Source: Ostreococcus lucimarinus (Eukaryota). From it: DNA of 64,000 bases. Below are positions 1-10,947 of this stretch, one piece after another. The DNA lies in NCBI GenBank assembly GCA_000092065.1, contig CP000590.1; one strand, written 5' to 3'. Every line of letters starts with the position of its first letter. The stretch's first letter is position 1. Below the pieces are notes generated by a model, which saw only the letters and a program-made list of their open reading frames with translations, ran no database searches and was not told the origin of the DNA. The position numbers and the translations under genes were made by a program.

Positions 1-5
1 TTTCA

Positions 6-1169
6 ATGTTCGTCCTGATTTCACAGATAGATACGGTGCTTCTACCGCGCCTTGGCGAGCGTTGCCGCACGGCAGACTTTACATACAACGCGGGCAGCGC
101 ATTTGAGCTGCGAGATGGGCGCGTTCGACGATATGAGCGTTGTTTAGCACCGCCGTGTTCCTACACTTTACCAGGTGGGAATTATTTTCTCGAATTAATT
201 TTTAAAACATTTCATTTGCTCCTACACGCGCGCTTTTTGCTGACCTTTGATTTTTCTACCGATCAAACAGGACTTTACGGTCGCGCTGGTGTGCGTATTT
301 CTGTAGAAGCTTTCGTGACGTACGACGCGTTACCAATTTGCGACTCGTGGTGCGTATTAATTTCTTGGTGGTGGTGTGTTCCGTGCACCGGAGTAGTAGC
401 TCAAACTATAGCCACGATCGGTGGATGTGCGCCCTATCAATCTCAGTGCGGTGGTTCCCTCGTTGTTTTCGTCACGGACGCGGGTGAAGTGCGATTTGGC
501 GTGCAAACGTTCATGGACTCCTACAATAATTTACCGCTCAGTTTGGGCGGTGGTTTGCGCATCGTCGACGTCTCGGTGCCAGGCAAGGGTTTTTTTGCGC
601 GCGACGGGATCGCGTTCAAAGTGCTCTGCACGTACGATGGCGTTTCGAATACGACAAAGATTTACATCAATGATAAGTTAAGGGGTATAGCAGATCCGTT
701 CGTCATGGGTCAGTTTTTGTTTCGCCCGTTCCACAACGTATCCGGGAACTTGCACGAGAAGATCACGATTGGCAACAGCATGCACTCGGCTGCTTCCGCC
801 ACGAACACTTTAACTGACTTTCAAGGTATGCACGAGACGAGTAATGGAACTCCAGATACACGAGATGGCACATTACCGGCAATTGGTCAATTTGCGACCT
901 ATGACGCCTCGCCGCTCTTCGACGGCTCCCCAACAACGCAATATTTCTTGCCGTGGAGGGGCACGATTCACGAGGTGTACGTGTATTTTGACAACGGACT
1001 ATATCAAGGGATTAGATATCCTTCAACTTGCGTGCACTTAGAGCCCGTCGAACCCGAAGCCGATGATTTTAGTGATTTTGTGACTCGTCGCCGCCGTCTC
1101 CACGAGACGCCGGTTTCCAGAGTGCGCGTTGGCCCTCGGCGGCGTAGTGACATTCGGGCTACTAGCTAG
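6..1169 (+). CDS. Hypothetical protein, possible concanavalin-A-like/LamG-type beta-sandwich domain (C-terminal pattern KITIGNS...FQG...IHEVYVYFDNG); lower GC than the rest of the window; may be 5' truncated at the window edge
   Basis: 387-aa ORF starting 5 nt from the window edge. No recognisable catalytic motif. The LamG-like F-x-G-x-I-x-x-V-x-V-Y motif is weak. Codon usage differs from neighbouring GC-rich genes. Confidence 0.3.
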   Translation: MFVLISQIDTVLLPRLGERCRTADFTYNAGSAFELRDGRVRRYERCLAPPCSYTLPGGNYFLELIFKTFHLLLHARFLLTFDFSTDQTGLYGRAGVRISVEAFVTYDALPICDSWCVLISWWWCVPCTGVVAQTIATIGGCAPYQSQCGGSLVVFVTDAGEVRFGVQTFMDSYNNLPLSLGGGLRIVDVSVPGKGFFARDGIAFKVLCTYDGVSNTTKIYINDKLRGIADPFVMGQFLFRPFHNVSGNLHEKITIGNSMHSAASATNTLTDFQGMHETSNGTPDTRDGTLPAIGQFATYDASPLFDGSPTTQYFLPWRGTIHEVYVYFDNGLYQGIRYPSTCVHLEPVEPEADDFSDFVTRRRRLHETPVSRVRVGPRRRSDIRATS

Positions 1170-1187
1170 AGGTCGAAACTACACAAA

Positions 1188-4100
1188 CTATAAGACTAAT
1201 GATTTGAGAATGTTTGCCGCGAAAGTCGCTTCCCTACTTTCCTTCCTGTCACCATCAAAGCAACACTCAGGCACGATGGCAGAAACAGGGGGAAGACTGA
1301 CTCGCTGCGATCCAGCCTCGGGCGCGACACTCCAGACTGGAGTGGGAATGTCAACCAAAAGACAGCCACGAGCCGCGGTTGCCATCGAGTATAGCCAAAC
1401 TTCATCACCGTTGACTTTTGCGAAAGCACGCGTTGCGTTCGCTGCGACGAGTCGCAAAGCCTCGTCGTCCTCCATGGCAAGCTTGGCCACGACGGGCACT
1501 GCCGCCCCGAGCAAATCGTGTAGCGCTTGCTTTGATTTTTCGCACGATGCGATGGATTCTAAAGTATCGCATATTTTGATACGGATGCGTCTCGTAAGCT
1601 CTGATGAAATCTCCGACTCAGCGATGAAGCTTGCATCGACGGTATCTGCCAGCGTAAGAAGTTCGAGCGATCGGTGTCGTTTGTCAACGTGACAAACACC
1701 TTGTTGCAAAACGCGCGACAGTATAGGCCATAGATCCGAGTTCATGCGTTTGGCGATGAAATCGCCACCACTTGTCGAAGCCATGGTTCGAAGTAACGAC
1801 AAACTCGCTTCGTACGCTTCAGCTTGAATCGAAATTTGAAATCGGTCGCTGAGCGATGATACCGCATGAGGCCAGATGTTATGGATGTGTGGCAGTACAC
1901 GGGCATCTTTGTAGAGGGAAGCCACATCAAAAGGCGTGGAATTCCTGCCTCCGTAAGCTTTGAGTACTTTTAAGACGTATTTATCATGCGTCAATGCAGA
2001 TTCTGCTGCTGAAAGGCTCTCAAGAGCGAACGAGCAAGCCGTTGCAGATAAACTTCGAACGCCGGCGTAAGGCGACTCCAGCAGCGCGCTGACCGATCTC
2101 AGCAAGTCTATCGCACAACCGACCATGGCCTGAAGGCGACGAACGCGCTCCAAGGACTGAGCCCGGGTGGTTTCAATGTCCTGCGAAAGCACCGAACGCA
2201 TTTCTTCGACAAAGACCTCCGTCAGCTCGTTCTCGTCTTCGCTGTCTGGCTCCTCCGGGTGATACTTTTGTATGCTAGCCACAACACCTCGCGAGTGTGT
2301 CTCTATCTCTCGCACCTCGAGCAACACTGCTGAACAATATTCATTCATTACGAGCAGAAAATCTTCGGAGTGCTCCGCATTTTTTTCTCTATTGACGATC
2401 AAAAATGTGCGCAACGCCAATCGAATCGGCTCTGCGAGAAGCTTCACCATGCTCTTTGCCGCATCAGTCCTCCTCAGAATAGCCGCAAAGAGTCGAGGAG
2501 CGCGTGAGTGCTTATCTAAATGCCGCATTTGTCGAGAAAGCATATCCACAACGTAGTCTGCGTTCGCAACGACAAGACTCGCTATTGGTGAATCATCGGT
2601 TGAATTGTATTCTCCGCTTTGAGCCAACTTGAGCAAAACAAGCGCTGCGGTGTCTCGCACCTCAAGCGATTCTTCACCGAGCTTATCGAGTAATGGACAA
2701 AGTACGTTTGTCAAAAATGCACTTGTTCGTATGTGATCTTTGCCGAGTCCTTCTCCGATGATCCCCATGCCTTCCATCAACACGCGTAGTAAAAGAGCGT
2801 TGTCCGGTTCCGCAGCGTCAAGATTCCACACCTCGCTGCATACGTACTCTTCGACGATCAAACTGGAGACGCGAACAAGATATTCTCTTTCGACTGCTGA
2901 TTCAGTGATGGCGCCAAAAAGCATTTCATTGAGCGCTATCAGGTGGGCTGCCGCGTTTCTTTGCCATGCACCCGCGGTGCCCAATGCGTCGAGCTCTGCA
3001 TCATTTCTCAATGTGCCGAGAAAGTATTGCGCCATTGGCACAAAATACGTTTCCAGTGAAGATTCGTTTGTGATTGATGCCGCTCGACCGAGTAATCTTA
3101 GCATTTTTGCAAAACTTTTGTACATGGATGCGTCGGGGAAGTACTGCAACCTAGGAGGCGCCCGTGGCAACCCTTGCGCCGTCGACACGCTGGCTTCGGT
3201 CAAATCAATTAAACTTATCATCTGCGCGCTGCCATCTCGTCGTTGAGAAGAAAATGTTTCGATGAGCAGACACTCCGCAATGGTAGAGCACAAATGTTCT
3301 CTCGAGCTCGGACGGGCGAATAGCGTTTCTTTCAAGCGCCGAGCGCCGGCGAATTCCAGAGCGATGAGCAAGCGCTGAAGATGCCCGACAGCCTTATCGG
3401 AAGAATCACGCAGCGTGTCTGCTATGTTGGACAAATCGTCTTTTATGATTGCCTCCAAGTCTGCTCGGACGACGTAGCCGAGGTTGTCAAGAGATCTCAA
3501 ATCTTCCAATATGGGCGTCGAGACTTGTGCCCAACTATCTCCCGCGAGCGTGAGTAAGCACTCCATCATTCTACGCCTCGTCTTCGCGCCCAGAACTTTT
3601 GCACAATGTTTTAAGACGCTACTCGCCATTTTTCCAGTCGCAAGTCTCACGGTCGCGCGCTGATGACTCGCTAAGGGTGGAATTGTCGCTAAGAGCGCCG
3701 CTTCAACGCGAGAGCTCGCGAGAGAGAGCCATTCTTTATCTCGAACCACCTTGAGATCTTTACCAGCGTTCGCAGGGGATACGGACGCGTTTTCGTCGTT
3801 CATATCCCTCGACATATTTTTTGCGTTCGATTCCAGCTGATCGTCTATCGATCGAGCGACGAGAGAACCCAGTGCGCTTTGCAACGCATTTGCACCTTCG
3901 CCCTCTGCGGAATCGCCGAGCTCTGATTCGTACAACGAGTCGTTCAGAACGCACGACAGAATGGACGCCATCGAACTCAGGGCAAACTCGACGCCATCTG
4001 CGCCAGTTCCTCCCGGCCCAGCGCCAACGTTTGGGCGAACACCACTCGCCGCGACTAACGCCTTGGTCAACCCAGACACCGTGCCCGGAAGGAAAAACGC

Positions 4101-4845
4101 GAGAGCATCGGCGTCGGCGACAAATCGAATCAAGCAATCGAGCGTGTTCAACGCACTCGAGCGCAGAAGCTTACTCCCTTGCGACCCCGCGCTTGTTTCT
4201 TCGTGCGAAATCGCAAGGAGCGTAGAAATCGTGAACCCGAGCATAGGTGCGATCTCGGAGGCGCCTCGAAATGCTGCTTGCACCTCTGTGGACGCCGCCG
4301 CGCAAAACGCGCGCGTCGCCTCCAAGACTTCCATGCATACCGTCTCGTACTCGCCTCGTCGCGGTAACGACAAGACACCGACAATCCCACTGAATATTCT
4401 CAATCCCATTTCTCGCGTACAGTCTTCCCCGCTTTTCGTCATCGCCTCTCCCGTCGTTCGCAGCGCGCTCTCGAGCAACCGCCGCCGGCGCGCCACATCC
4501 TTCGGCGCCGTCGTCGCTTCAACATCACTCGGCGCGCTCGACTCCTCCATCATTCGCGACACGTTCGCTCGAAGTATCTCCACGCACGGTATCGCGCACA
4601 GTTCCAGCGCGCGTCGCTCGCTCGGTGCTTCCGCGTGCGTCTTCCGTAGGCGCTCCACGGCGTCTCGCGCCTCGTCCGCGAACCGCGCCTCCGCGCGTCC
4701 TCGCGCCGCGCTCACCATCACCGCTCGACTGGCGTCGATGAGCGCATCGGTCGCGCCCGTCGTCGCCGTCGTCGTCGTCGTCGCGTCCCGTTCGTTCGTC
4801 GCTTCCGTCGACATCTCCGCGAAACGAGTTTCGCGCGGCGAATCC
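1188..4845 (-). CDS. Large alpha-helical HEAT/ARM-repeat protein (~1219 aa) of unknown function. The ORF-track N-terminal extension to 5384 is an arginine/leucine low-complexity artefact that overlaps the next gene's start region.
   Basis: Continuous 1398-aa ORF. The body is rich in amphipathic leucine helices (LLxxL, repeated ~40-aa helical pairs). First plausible ATG at 4845 (MDSPRETRF...). No catalytic motif seen. Confidence 0.5.
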
Positions 4846-5026
4846 ATCGAAATCTCTCGAATCAATCCAATCGACCCAATCGCTCGCGCGTTCGCGCGTT
4901 CGCGATCGGTGTCCGGCGCGCGCGCGATCGTCGACTCGAGTTCGTCGGTGCGTTCGCGCGCGTCATCGTCCGTCGCGTCCGTCGCGTTGTGCGACGCGCG
5001 TCGTCCGCAGTCGTCCTCGCGCGCGC

Positions 5027-5097
5027 AGTCAGTCAGTCGGTTCGGTCGTTCGGTCGTTCGGTCGTTCGTTCGGTCGTTCGTTCGTTCGTTCGTTCGG
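5027..5097. repeat. (GTCGTTCG)n-like microsatellite in the divergent promoter/5' region between the HEAT-repeat gene and the DBP2-like helicase
   Basis: Direct reading: cagtcagtcggttcggtcgttcggtcgttcggtcgttcgttcggtcgttcgttcgttcgttcgttcgg. Confidence 0.8.
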
Positions 5098-5150
5098 CGT
5101 CCCCGGTCCCGCCGCCGCCGCCGCGGACGACGCACAACTCGACGACGACG

Positions 5151-6743
5151 ATGGGGAAAGAGGGCAAGAGGGAGAAGAAGAAGGAGAAGAAGGAGAAGAA
5201 GGAGAAGAAGGAGAAGAAGGGCAAGCGCGAGCGCGACGCGAACCGCGACGGCGGCGCGCGGGAGTCGTCGAAACCCACCACGGCGACGAAAAAGGCAAAG
5301 ACGACGCGCGATGACGAGGGACAGACGTTCGGGATGGCGGCGGTGGGCGATCGATCGATCGCACAGTCCGGTGATACGTTTCAACGCGTGTTTTACGACG
5401 CCCCGGCGTCGTTGAAGTCGATGTCGGCGAGCGAGGTGCAGGCGGCGCGAGACGCGTTGGCGGTGACGCAGGTGGACGGTTTGTCGACGGATTTAGCGCC
5501 GGTGTCTTCATTCGCAGATGCGGGGTTTTCGAAGGAGCTGCTGCGAGTGACGGCACAGTTTAAGACGCCGTCACCGATTCAAGCGCAATCTTGGCCGATC
5601 ATCATGAGCGGGCACGACATGGTGGGGATCGCGGCGACGGGTTCCGGGAAGACGCTCGCGTTTGGGATGCCGGCGCTGACGCAGATTCACTCGCAACCAC
5701 CCTGCAAGCCCGGTCAGCCGATCTGTTTAGTGCTCGCACCGACGCGAGAATTGGCGCAACAAACGGCCAAGGTGTTTGACGACGCCGGCGAGGCTTCTGG
5801 GGTGAGGTGCGTATGCGTGTACGGGGGCGCTCCCAAGTACGAACAAAAGGCACAGATGAAGGCGGGCGGCGGAGCCGCGGTCATCGTCGCGACACCGGGT
5901 CGTCTTCGAGATTTCATGGAAGAGGGCGTGATTAAACTTGATAGAGTGACGATGTTAGTGCTCGATGAGGCCGATCGCATGCTGGATTTGGGTTTTGAGC
6001 CTGAAATTCGCGCCATCGCCGGCGCCACGCGCGCCGATCGACAAACCGTGATGTTTTCTGCGACGTGGCCTCAGAGTGTGCAAAGCCTCGCTTCGGAGTT
6101 TATGTGCAATCCTATCAAGGTTCGCATCGGTGCCGAAGGTTTGAAAGCTTCTCAAAGCATAACTCAAATCGTCGAAGTCGTCGAGCCGCAGGACAAGGAT
6201 AGACATTTGGCGCGAGTCATGAAGCAATATTTGGGCAAAGGCAAAGAGGTGCCTCGAACCCTCATTTTCGGTTTGTACAAGAAAGAGTGCGCAAATTTGC
6301 ACCAAAGACTTAGCCGTGAATGGCCAGCAGTGTGTATTCACGGCGACATGTCTCAGCATGATCGTGAAAAGTCGGTCGATGCGTTCAAGAAAGGCACGTC
6401 TCGAATCTTGATTGCCACCGACGTCGCCGCCCGAGGTCTCGACATTAAAGAGGTGGAGTATGTCATCAATTATACGTTTCCTCTCACCACGGAGGACTAT
6501 GTTCACAGAATCGGTCGTACCGGTCGCGCTGGTGCAACGGGCTTGGCTCACACATTTTTTACATTGCACGACAAGGCGAGAGCGGGCGAACTCGTCAACG
6601 TGTTACGAAAAGCTGGCGCAGAAGTTCCAGAAGAACTCACTAAGTTCGGCACGCACGTGAAGAAGAAAGAAAGTAAGTTGTATGGCGCGCATTTCAAGGA
6701 CGTGGACATGTCGGTGAAGGCTACGAAGATCACGTTCGATTAA
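5151..6743 (+). CDS. ATP-dependent DEAD-box RNA helicase, DBP2/DDX5 (p68)-like, with a K/E-rich N-terminus
   Basis: Q motif (FKTPSPIQAQSWP), motif [12 protein letters not shown], Ia [31 protein letters not shown] (WP is typical of the DDX5/DBP2 subfamily), VI HRIGRTGRAG. First ATG of the ORF-track frame at 5151 (MGKEGKREKKK...). Confidence 0.85.
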   Translation: MGKEGKREKKKEKKEKKEKKEKKGKRERDANRDGGARESSKPTTATKKAKTTRDDEGQTFGMAAVGDRSIAQSGDTFQRVFYDAPASLKSMSASEVQAARDALAVTQVDGLSTDLAPVSSFADAGFSKELLRVTAQFKTPSPIQAQSWPIIMSGHDMVGIAATGSGKTLAFGMPALTQIHSQPPCKPGQPICLVLAPTRELAQQTAKVFDDAGEASGVRCVCVYGGAPKYEQKAQMKAGGGAAVIVATPGRLRDFMEEGVIKLDRVTMLVLDEADRMLDLGFEPEIRAIAGATRADRQTVMFSATWPQSVQSLASEFMCNPIKVRIGAEGLKASQSITQIVEVVEPQDKDRHLARVMKQYLGKGKEVPRTLIFGLYKKECANLHQRLSREWPAVCIHGDMSQHDREKSVDAFKKGTSRILIATDVAARGLDIKEVEYVINYTFPLTTEDYVHRIGRTGRAGATGLAHTFFTLHDKARAGELVNVLRKAGAEVPEELTKFGTHVKKKESKLYGAHFKDVDMSVKATKITFD

Positions 6744-6777
6744 ATCTCTAGTGTGAACGCTACGTAATACGGGTATG

Positions 6778-8886
6778 CTATTGTTGTATGAGTGGTCGAA
6801 ACCCTCCATTAACTTCTATCAACGAATCCTTTCCTAGCAAATCTCTAATCACTTTTTCTGGATCTCTCGATCCCCCGTGTCGCAATAATTTGTCACGAAG
6901 ACTCTCCGCCGCGCCCGCCGCGAGGCTGTCGCCCTCAAAGTAACGCTTCCAAATGTCATCGGCCAGGACATCGGCGTACAGGTACGAGTAATATGTCGCT
7001 CCGTAGCCGACAAAGTGACCAAATCTAAGCTCCCAATTCGTACCGGACACAGGTTTGAACATACTGTGCTCGTTTTGAATCGTTGCAGCGAGATCAGCGA
7101 TCGATTTTGACGATAGTTCGGATGTTTGGTTGTGAAGCTCGAGATCGGTCAACGCGAAGACAACCTGTTGTTGCGACTCAATCGAACGAAATATATTCCT
7201 CGACTTGCGCAACGCGGAAATCATGGCGTCAGGTATGGGCTCGTGCGTCATGTAGTGTTTTCCAAGAAGCTTCAAAGCACTTGGATCCCACGCAAAGTGC
7301 TCGAATAAATGACTCGGAACCTCAACGATGTCCATTGGCGCTCGAGTTCCAGACAAATGTTGGAATTCTGTATCCGAAAGCACAGAGTGCATGGCGTGAC
7401 CAAACTCGTGTAAAAACGTTTCCACTTCTCCGTGACTTAACAAAGATCGCCCTTTGCCCGATACGGGAGGGAAGTTACACACGAGAGCGACCGATGGGTG
7501 CTGCCGTTCTGTGGGCGACACCATGCGGCTACACCGAATGACAAAGTGTGCGGCGTGATTAAACTTTCCCGGCCTCGGGAGCAAGTCCAAATAAATCGTC
7601 CCTCGCATGTCTCCATCACGAGTCTTCACCACTAGTTTCTTCAGGTCATTCGTCCATCCTTCGCCAGGTGCCAACTCCTGCAGTTCGATGCGTAAACCGA
7701 GAACTCTCGCAAGAAGCTCGCCGATGCCGACGATGACGCCTTCCAAAGGGAAATACTCCGCAATCGCGGCCGAATTGAATTCGCACTCGTGTCCACGCGC
7801 TTGTGCCATCGCGTAAGTTTTGTCCCACACCGATATGTGTTTGCCGTGATTATACTTTTCAATGACGGCGTACTCGTCCTTTGCGCTCTGCCGAAGGACA
7901 TCCGATAGACTCAACAAGAACTCGCGAACGGCGTCGGGTGATCGAGCAAGCAACGGTGCGGTGGCATATTTGGCATATGTTTCGAATCCTAGAGAATGCG
8001 CGACACCAGCACGAGAAGATATGAGGTTGGCCAAAACGTCTTTGTTTGGCTCGGGTCCAGTGTTCGCCGCTATGAAGACGTCTCGGCGCGCGTTTGAATC
8101 CCTCAGGTGTCTCAACATCAACGACGAGTTCGATGAATCTACCAACCCCGTCCATAGCTTACCATCATTACTTCGAAACTGGTCTCGCACTGTCTTCGGG
8201 AGCGAACTCAGCGTGCTCTTGTCGAGCGATACTCTGCTCGCTAACTCTGGGCGCAACAAATTCCGTTGAAACTCCATCCCGAGCTCAAGACTTCGCGACA
8301 AGCTCCCGTCGAAATCCCGTCGCCTCGCCGGGTCGAGATGAATACCTCCGCGTTCAAAATCTTCTTGCAAAGTAAGCGCCACGCGCGCGCCCTCGTCGCT
8401 CAAATTCTTTGCGTCCCTCTCTCGCGCGCTCCGCAACGCCTCGTACAAGTCGCCGTCGGCGTTCAAGCTTGCAACGTAATCTTGTAGTCGCACGTACGCC
8501 TTCTCCGCCGCGATGACGTATTCGCGCGAAGGATGCGTGTGACGACACACCTCCGCGACGTCCACGACTCGACAGACCTCATCAGATATCTCATCCAACG
8601 CCCCGACGCTCGCCGCGCTCGGCGCCGCCGCCTTGAGCGCGCGCGCCATCGCCTCGCACTTCGATATCGTCTCTCGCGCCAAGCGATCGAAATCTTCGGG
8701 CGCGCGCAAACCTTGAAGATCGTATAACCCCTGAGCGCTCGCCGTCGCCGTCGATCGCGCGCGATGCTCCGTCCACGGTCGACGAAACCCGTCGTGCGCG
8801 CCCAACGACCCATCGCCGTGTGACACATACTCGACCGTCCACGCGCGCGCGCGCCGCGTGAGACCGGTCCACGCGCGCCGCACCAT
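6778..8886 (-). CDS. MIP: Mitochondrial intermediate peptidase (M3 family zinc metallopeptidase, MIP/Oct1-like)
   Basis: HEXXH zinc site FLHEFGHAMHSVL followed by QHLSGTRAPMDIVEVPSHLFEHFAWD, which closely matches the MIP consensus (HEMGHAMHS...QHVTGTRC.TDFAEVPS). Arg-rich presequence from the first ATG at 8886; the ORF-track start at 8901 is a GTG. Confidence 0.75.
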   Translation of the reverse strand: MVRRAWTGLTRRARAWTVEYVSHGDGSLGAHDGFRRPWTEHRARSTATASAQGLYDLQGLRAPEDFDRLARETISKCEAMARALKAAAPSAASVGALDEISDEVCRVVDVAEVCRHTHPSREYVIAAEKAYVRLQDYVASLNADGDLYEALRSARERDAKNLSDEGARVALTLQEDFERGGIHLDPARRRDFDGSLSRSLELGMEFQRNLLRPELASRVSLDKSTLSSLPKTVRDQFRSNDGKLWTGLVDSSNSSLMLRHLRDSNARRDVFIAANTGPEPNKDVLANLISSRAGVAHSLGFETYAKYATAPLLARSPDAVREFLLSLSDVLRQSAKDEYAVIEKYNHGKHISVWDKTYAMAQARGHECEFNSAAIAEYFPLEGVIVGIGELLARVLGLRIELQELAPGEGWTNDLKKLVVKTRDGDMRGTIYLDLLPRPGKFNHAAHFVIRCSRMVSPTERQHPSVALVCNFPPVSGKGRSLLSHGEVETFLHEFGHAMHSVLSDTEFQHLSGTRAPMDIVEVPSHLFEHFAWDPSALKLLGKHYMTHEPIPDAMISALRKSRNIFRSIESQQQVVFALTDLELHNQTSELSSKSIADLAATIQNEHSMFKPVSGTNWELRFGHFVGYGATYYSYLYADVLADDIWKRYFEGDSLAAGAAESLRDKLLRHGGSRDPEKVIRDLLGKDSLIEVNGGFRPLIQQ

Positions 8887-8929
8887 GTCGAGCGAACGCA
8901 CGGGCGTCGACGAGCGGCGCGGGCGCTCG

Positions 8930-9010
8930 CGCGTGCCCCCGCGCGCGGCGCTGTGCCGTTTGACGCGCGTCGATCGAAGTGTACATATAAATACATATAA
9001 ATACTGATGA
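8930..9010. promoter_or_regulatory. AT-rich island with tandem TATA-like motifs (CATATAAATACATATAAATAC) in the divergent promoter between MIP (-) and the JmjC gene (+)
   Basis: Only AT-rich patch in an otherwise >65% GC spacer. Lies between two divergently oriented start codons (8886 and 9229). Confidence 0.35.
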
Positions 9011-9228
9011 TAGTACCATCAGAAAAGTCAGGGTTAATGTCATAAACATCCCGACACCCCGAACTCGCGCGAAAATGCACGGTCGCGTCGTCGTTTTCCT
9101 CGATCGAACGACGAGCGTTACTGCGAAACGGCCGACGCAGGACAGCACAGGCTGGCGCGACGGGGCGACGCGAGGCGCCACGGTGGACGACGCGCGCGGC
9201 CGGATCGTTTCATCAGACGTCCGTCGCG

Positions 9229-10875
9229 ATGGTCGACGACGCAAAGACGGTGACGCGCGCGCCCGCGTCGACGAAAGATTGTCGATTCGGTCGAGGTGTG
9301 GTCAAGGCGAGACGAGGACGTGCGAGGCGAGGCGAAGATGGGAGCGCGACGTCCGCGCTCGCGGTGATCGCACCGTTAGAAAAGGTGTTTCGCATGGATT
9401 TGATGTCGACTGAGGATGGAATGGGGCAGGAGCGCGACGATGATCCGCCGGCACGGTTTCCCGCTTCGACGGCGCCCGGGGGCGCTCGAGCGAGGCGCGA
9501 TTTTAAATCAATGAACGCCAGGGAGCATCACGAGTGCATGGGAGAGATGATGCGAAGTCAACCGATCGCACTCGCGAAAACTGGAGTTTTGGGGGACGTG
9601 AGCTCTAGATACGTCGCCGATCGCGTCGAAGGGTTAGAGCAAACGTGGGATTTTGACCGAGTCGCGTCGTCGCTCGGCTCGAGCGAGTGGGAGTGTTTGA
9701 TGTGTCCTTCAACCGAGCACAAATTTACGGTGTGCGACGACAGTAAGAACGCACACGGTTCTTATTATCACATACGTGAGCCCGCGGTTGAAAAGATGCT
9801 GTGTAAATTCAAAGACTTCGCGCAGTGCGCTCGAAGCTGGAGAGAAAAGTCAATCTTATTCGACGCAGAAATATTGCGCCCCGTGGCGAAGACGGGAGAG
9901 GACGGCGAGCGGCGAGACGATCTTCCGCTTGAAAGCGATTTTAATGGGAACTGTCCTAAGGACTTTATCGATGACATTCGTAAAGGTATCAATTGGAAGT
10001 GGTTGAACTCGCTGATTCGAGCGCAGCGCTTTGGCCGCCTGCTGTCTATGCGACTCGTCGCCGGCCATCGAGACGGCTTGACGCCGGCTCGATATATCTT
10101 GGAAGACTCAATTCATCTTCAAGTACACGGACGAAGGCGGATTTTATTGATTTCTCCAGAATACTCGTTTAAGGGTATGTATCCATACCCGGTAGCGCAT
10201 CCTTACGACGGCTACAGCATGGTTGACCTCGACGACGTCAATTACGGCCAGACGCCGGCGTTTGCTGCGGTGCGCGGTCAAAGCTTCATACTCGAGCCTG
10301 GAGACTTACTGTACATTCCACGCGGGTGGTGGAGACACGAGCAAGGATTATCAAAAGAGCACATATCGCTCGATTTGAGGTTCTCTCCCGGTAAACGAGC
10401 GCGAGATCGCCATGTCGCGGTACTTCCAGTTTCTCGCGACATCGAGGAACGACTGGCGAGAACCGAGGGCGTCGAGCAGATCAAACATTGGATCAAAGTA
10501 ATCGCAGAAGCGGATGATGCGAATTGGATAGACTTGAGCACTGTCAAGGGACACAGGCGTATTGTGATGGCCCAAATGGTGCGAGACGAAGTGGATTTGA
10601 GTCTTGGCCGAGGGACTTGGCAGGCGTTCCTTCGCACCGTCATCGACGGTAGACTCGACCCGACGCCTTGGTTGAACATCTCATTCAGAGAGCCGCTATA
10701 CCTGTCAGACAAACCCGTTCACGTCCCAGACACGCGAAGTGATCTCGAGAGCGAATTTCCAGAGTTCTTCGTCGCTAAGCTGAAAAAAGAAGGGTACAAC
10801 GTCGATTATACGCCCGTATCGGTTTTCAATCCAAATCATCCCGATACCATTGCGAAGGTCCCGCCGCCGCGATAG
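9229..10875 (+). CDS. JmjC-domain (cupin-like 2OG/Fe(II) oxygenase fold) protein
   Basis: Characteristic JmjC strand motif FILEPGDLLYIPRGWWRHEQ and upstream HxD-type region. 548-aa ORF. Exact subfamily not determinable by eye. Confidence 0.6.
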   Translation: MVDDAKTVTRAPASTKDCRFGRGVVKARRGRARRGEDGSATSALAVIAPLEKVFRMDLMSTEDGMGQERDDDPPARFPASTAPGGARARRDFKSMNAREHHECMGEMMRSQPIALAKTGVLGDVSSRYVADRVEGLEQTWDFDRVASSLGSSEWECLMCPSTEHKFTVCDDSKNAHGSYYHIREPAVEKMLCKFKDFAQCARSWREKSILFDAEILRPVAKTGEDGERRDDLPLESDFNGNCPKDFIDDIRKGINWKWLNSLIRAQRFGRLLSMRLVAGHRDGLTPARYILEDSIHLQVHGRRRILLISPEYSFKGMYPYPVAHPYDGYSMVDLDDVNYGQTPAFAAVRGQSFILEPGDLLYIPRGWWRHEQGLSKEHISLDLRFSPGKRARDRHVAVLPVSRDIEERLARTEGVEQIKHWIKVIAEADDANWIDLSTVKGHRRIVMAQMVRDEVDLSLGRGTWQAFLRTVIDGRLDPTPWLNISFREPLYLSDKPVHVPDTRSDLESEFPEFFVAKLKKEGYNVDYTPVSVFNPNHPDTIAKVPPPR

Positions 10876-10947
10876 TCCTCGCGATAGTCCTCAGCTGACG
10901 GTAGCGTTGAATTATAATGTACATTACAACAAAAATGTCACATCGTT

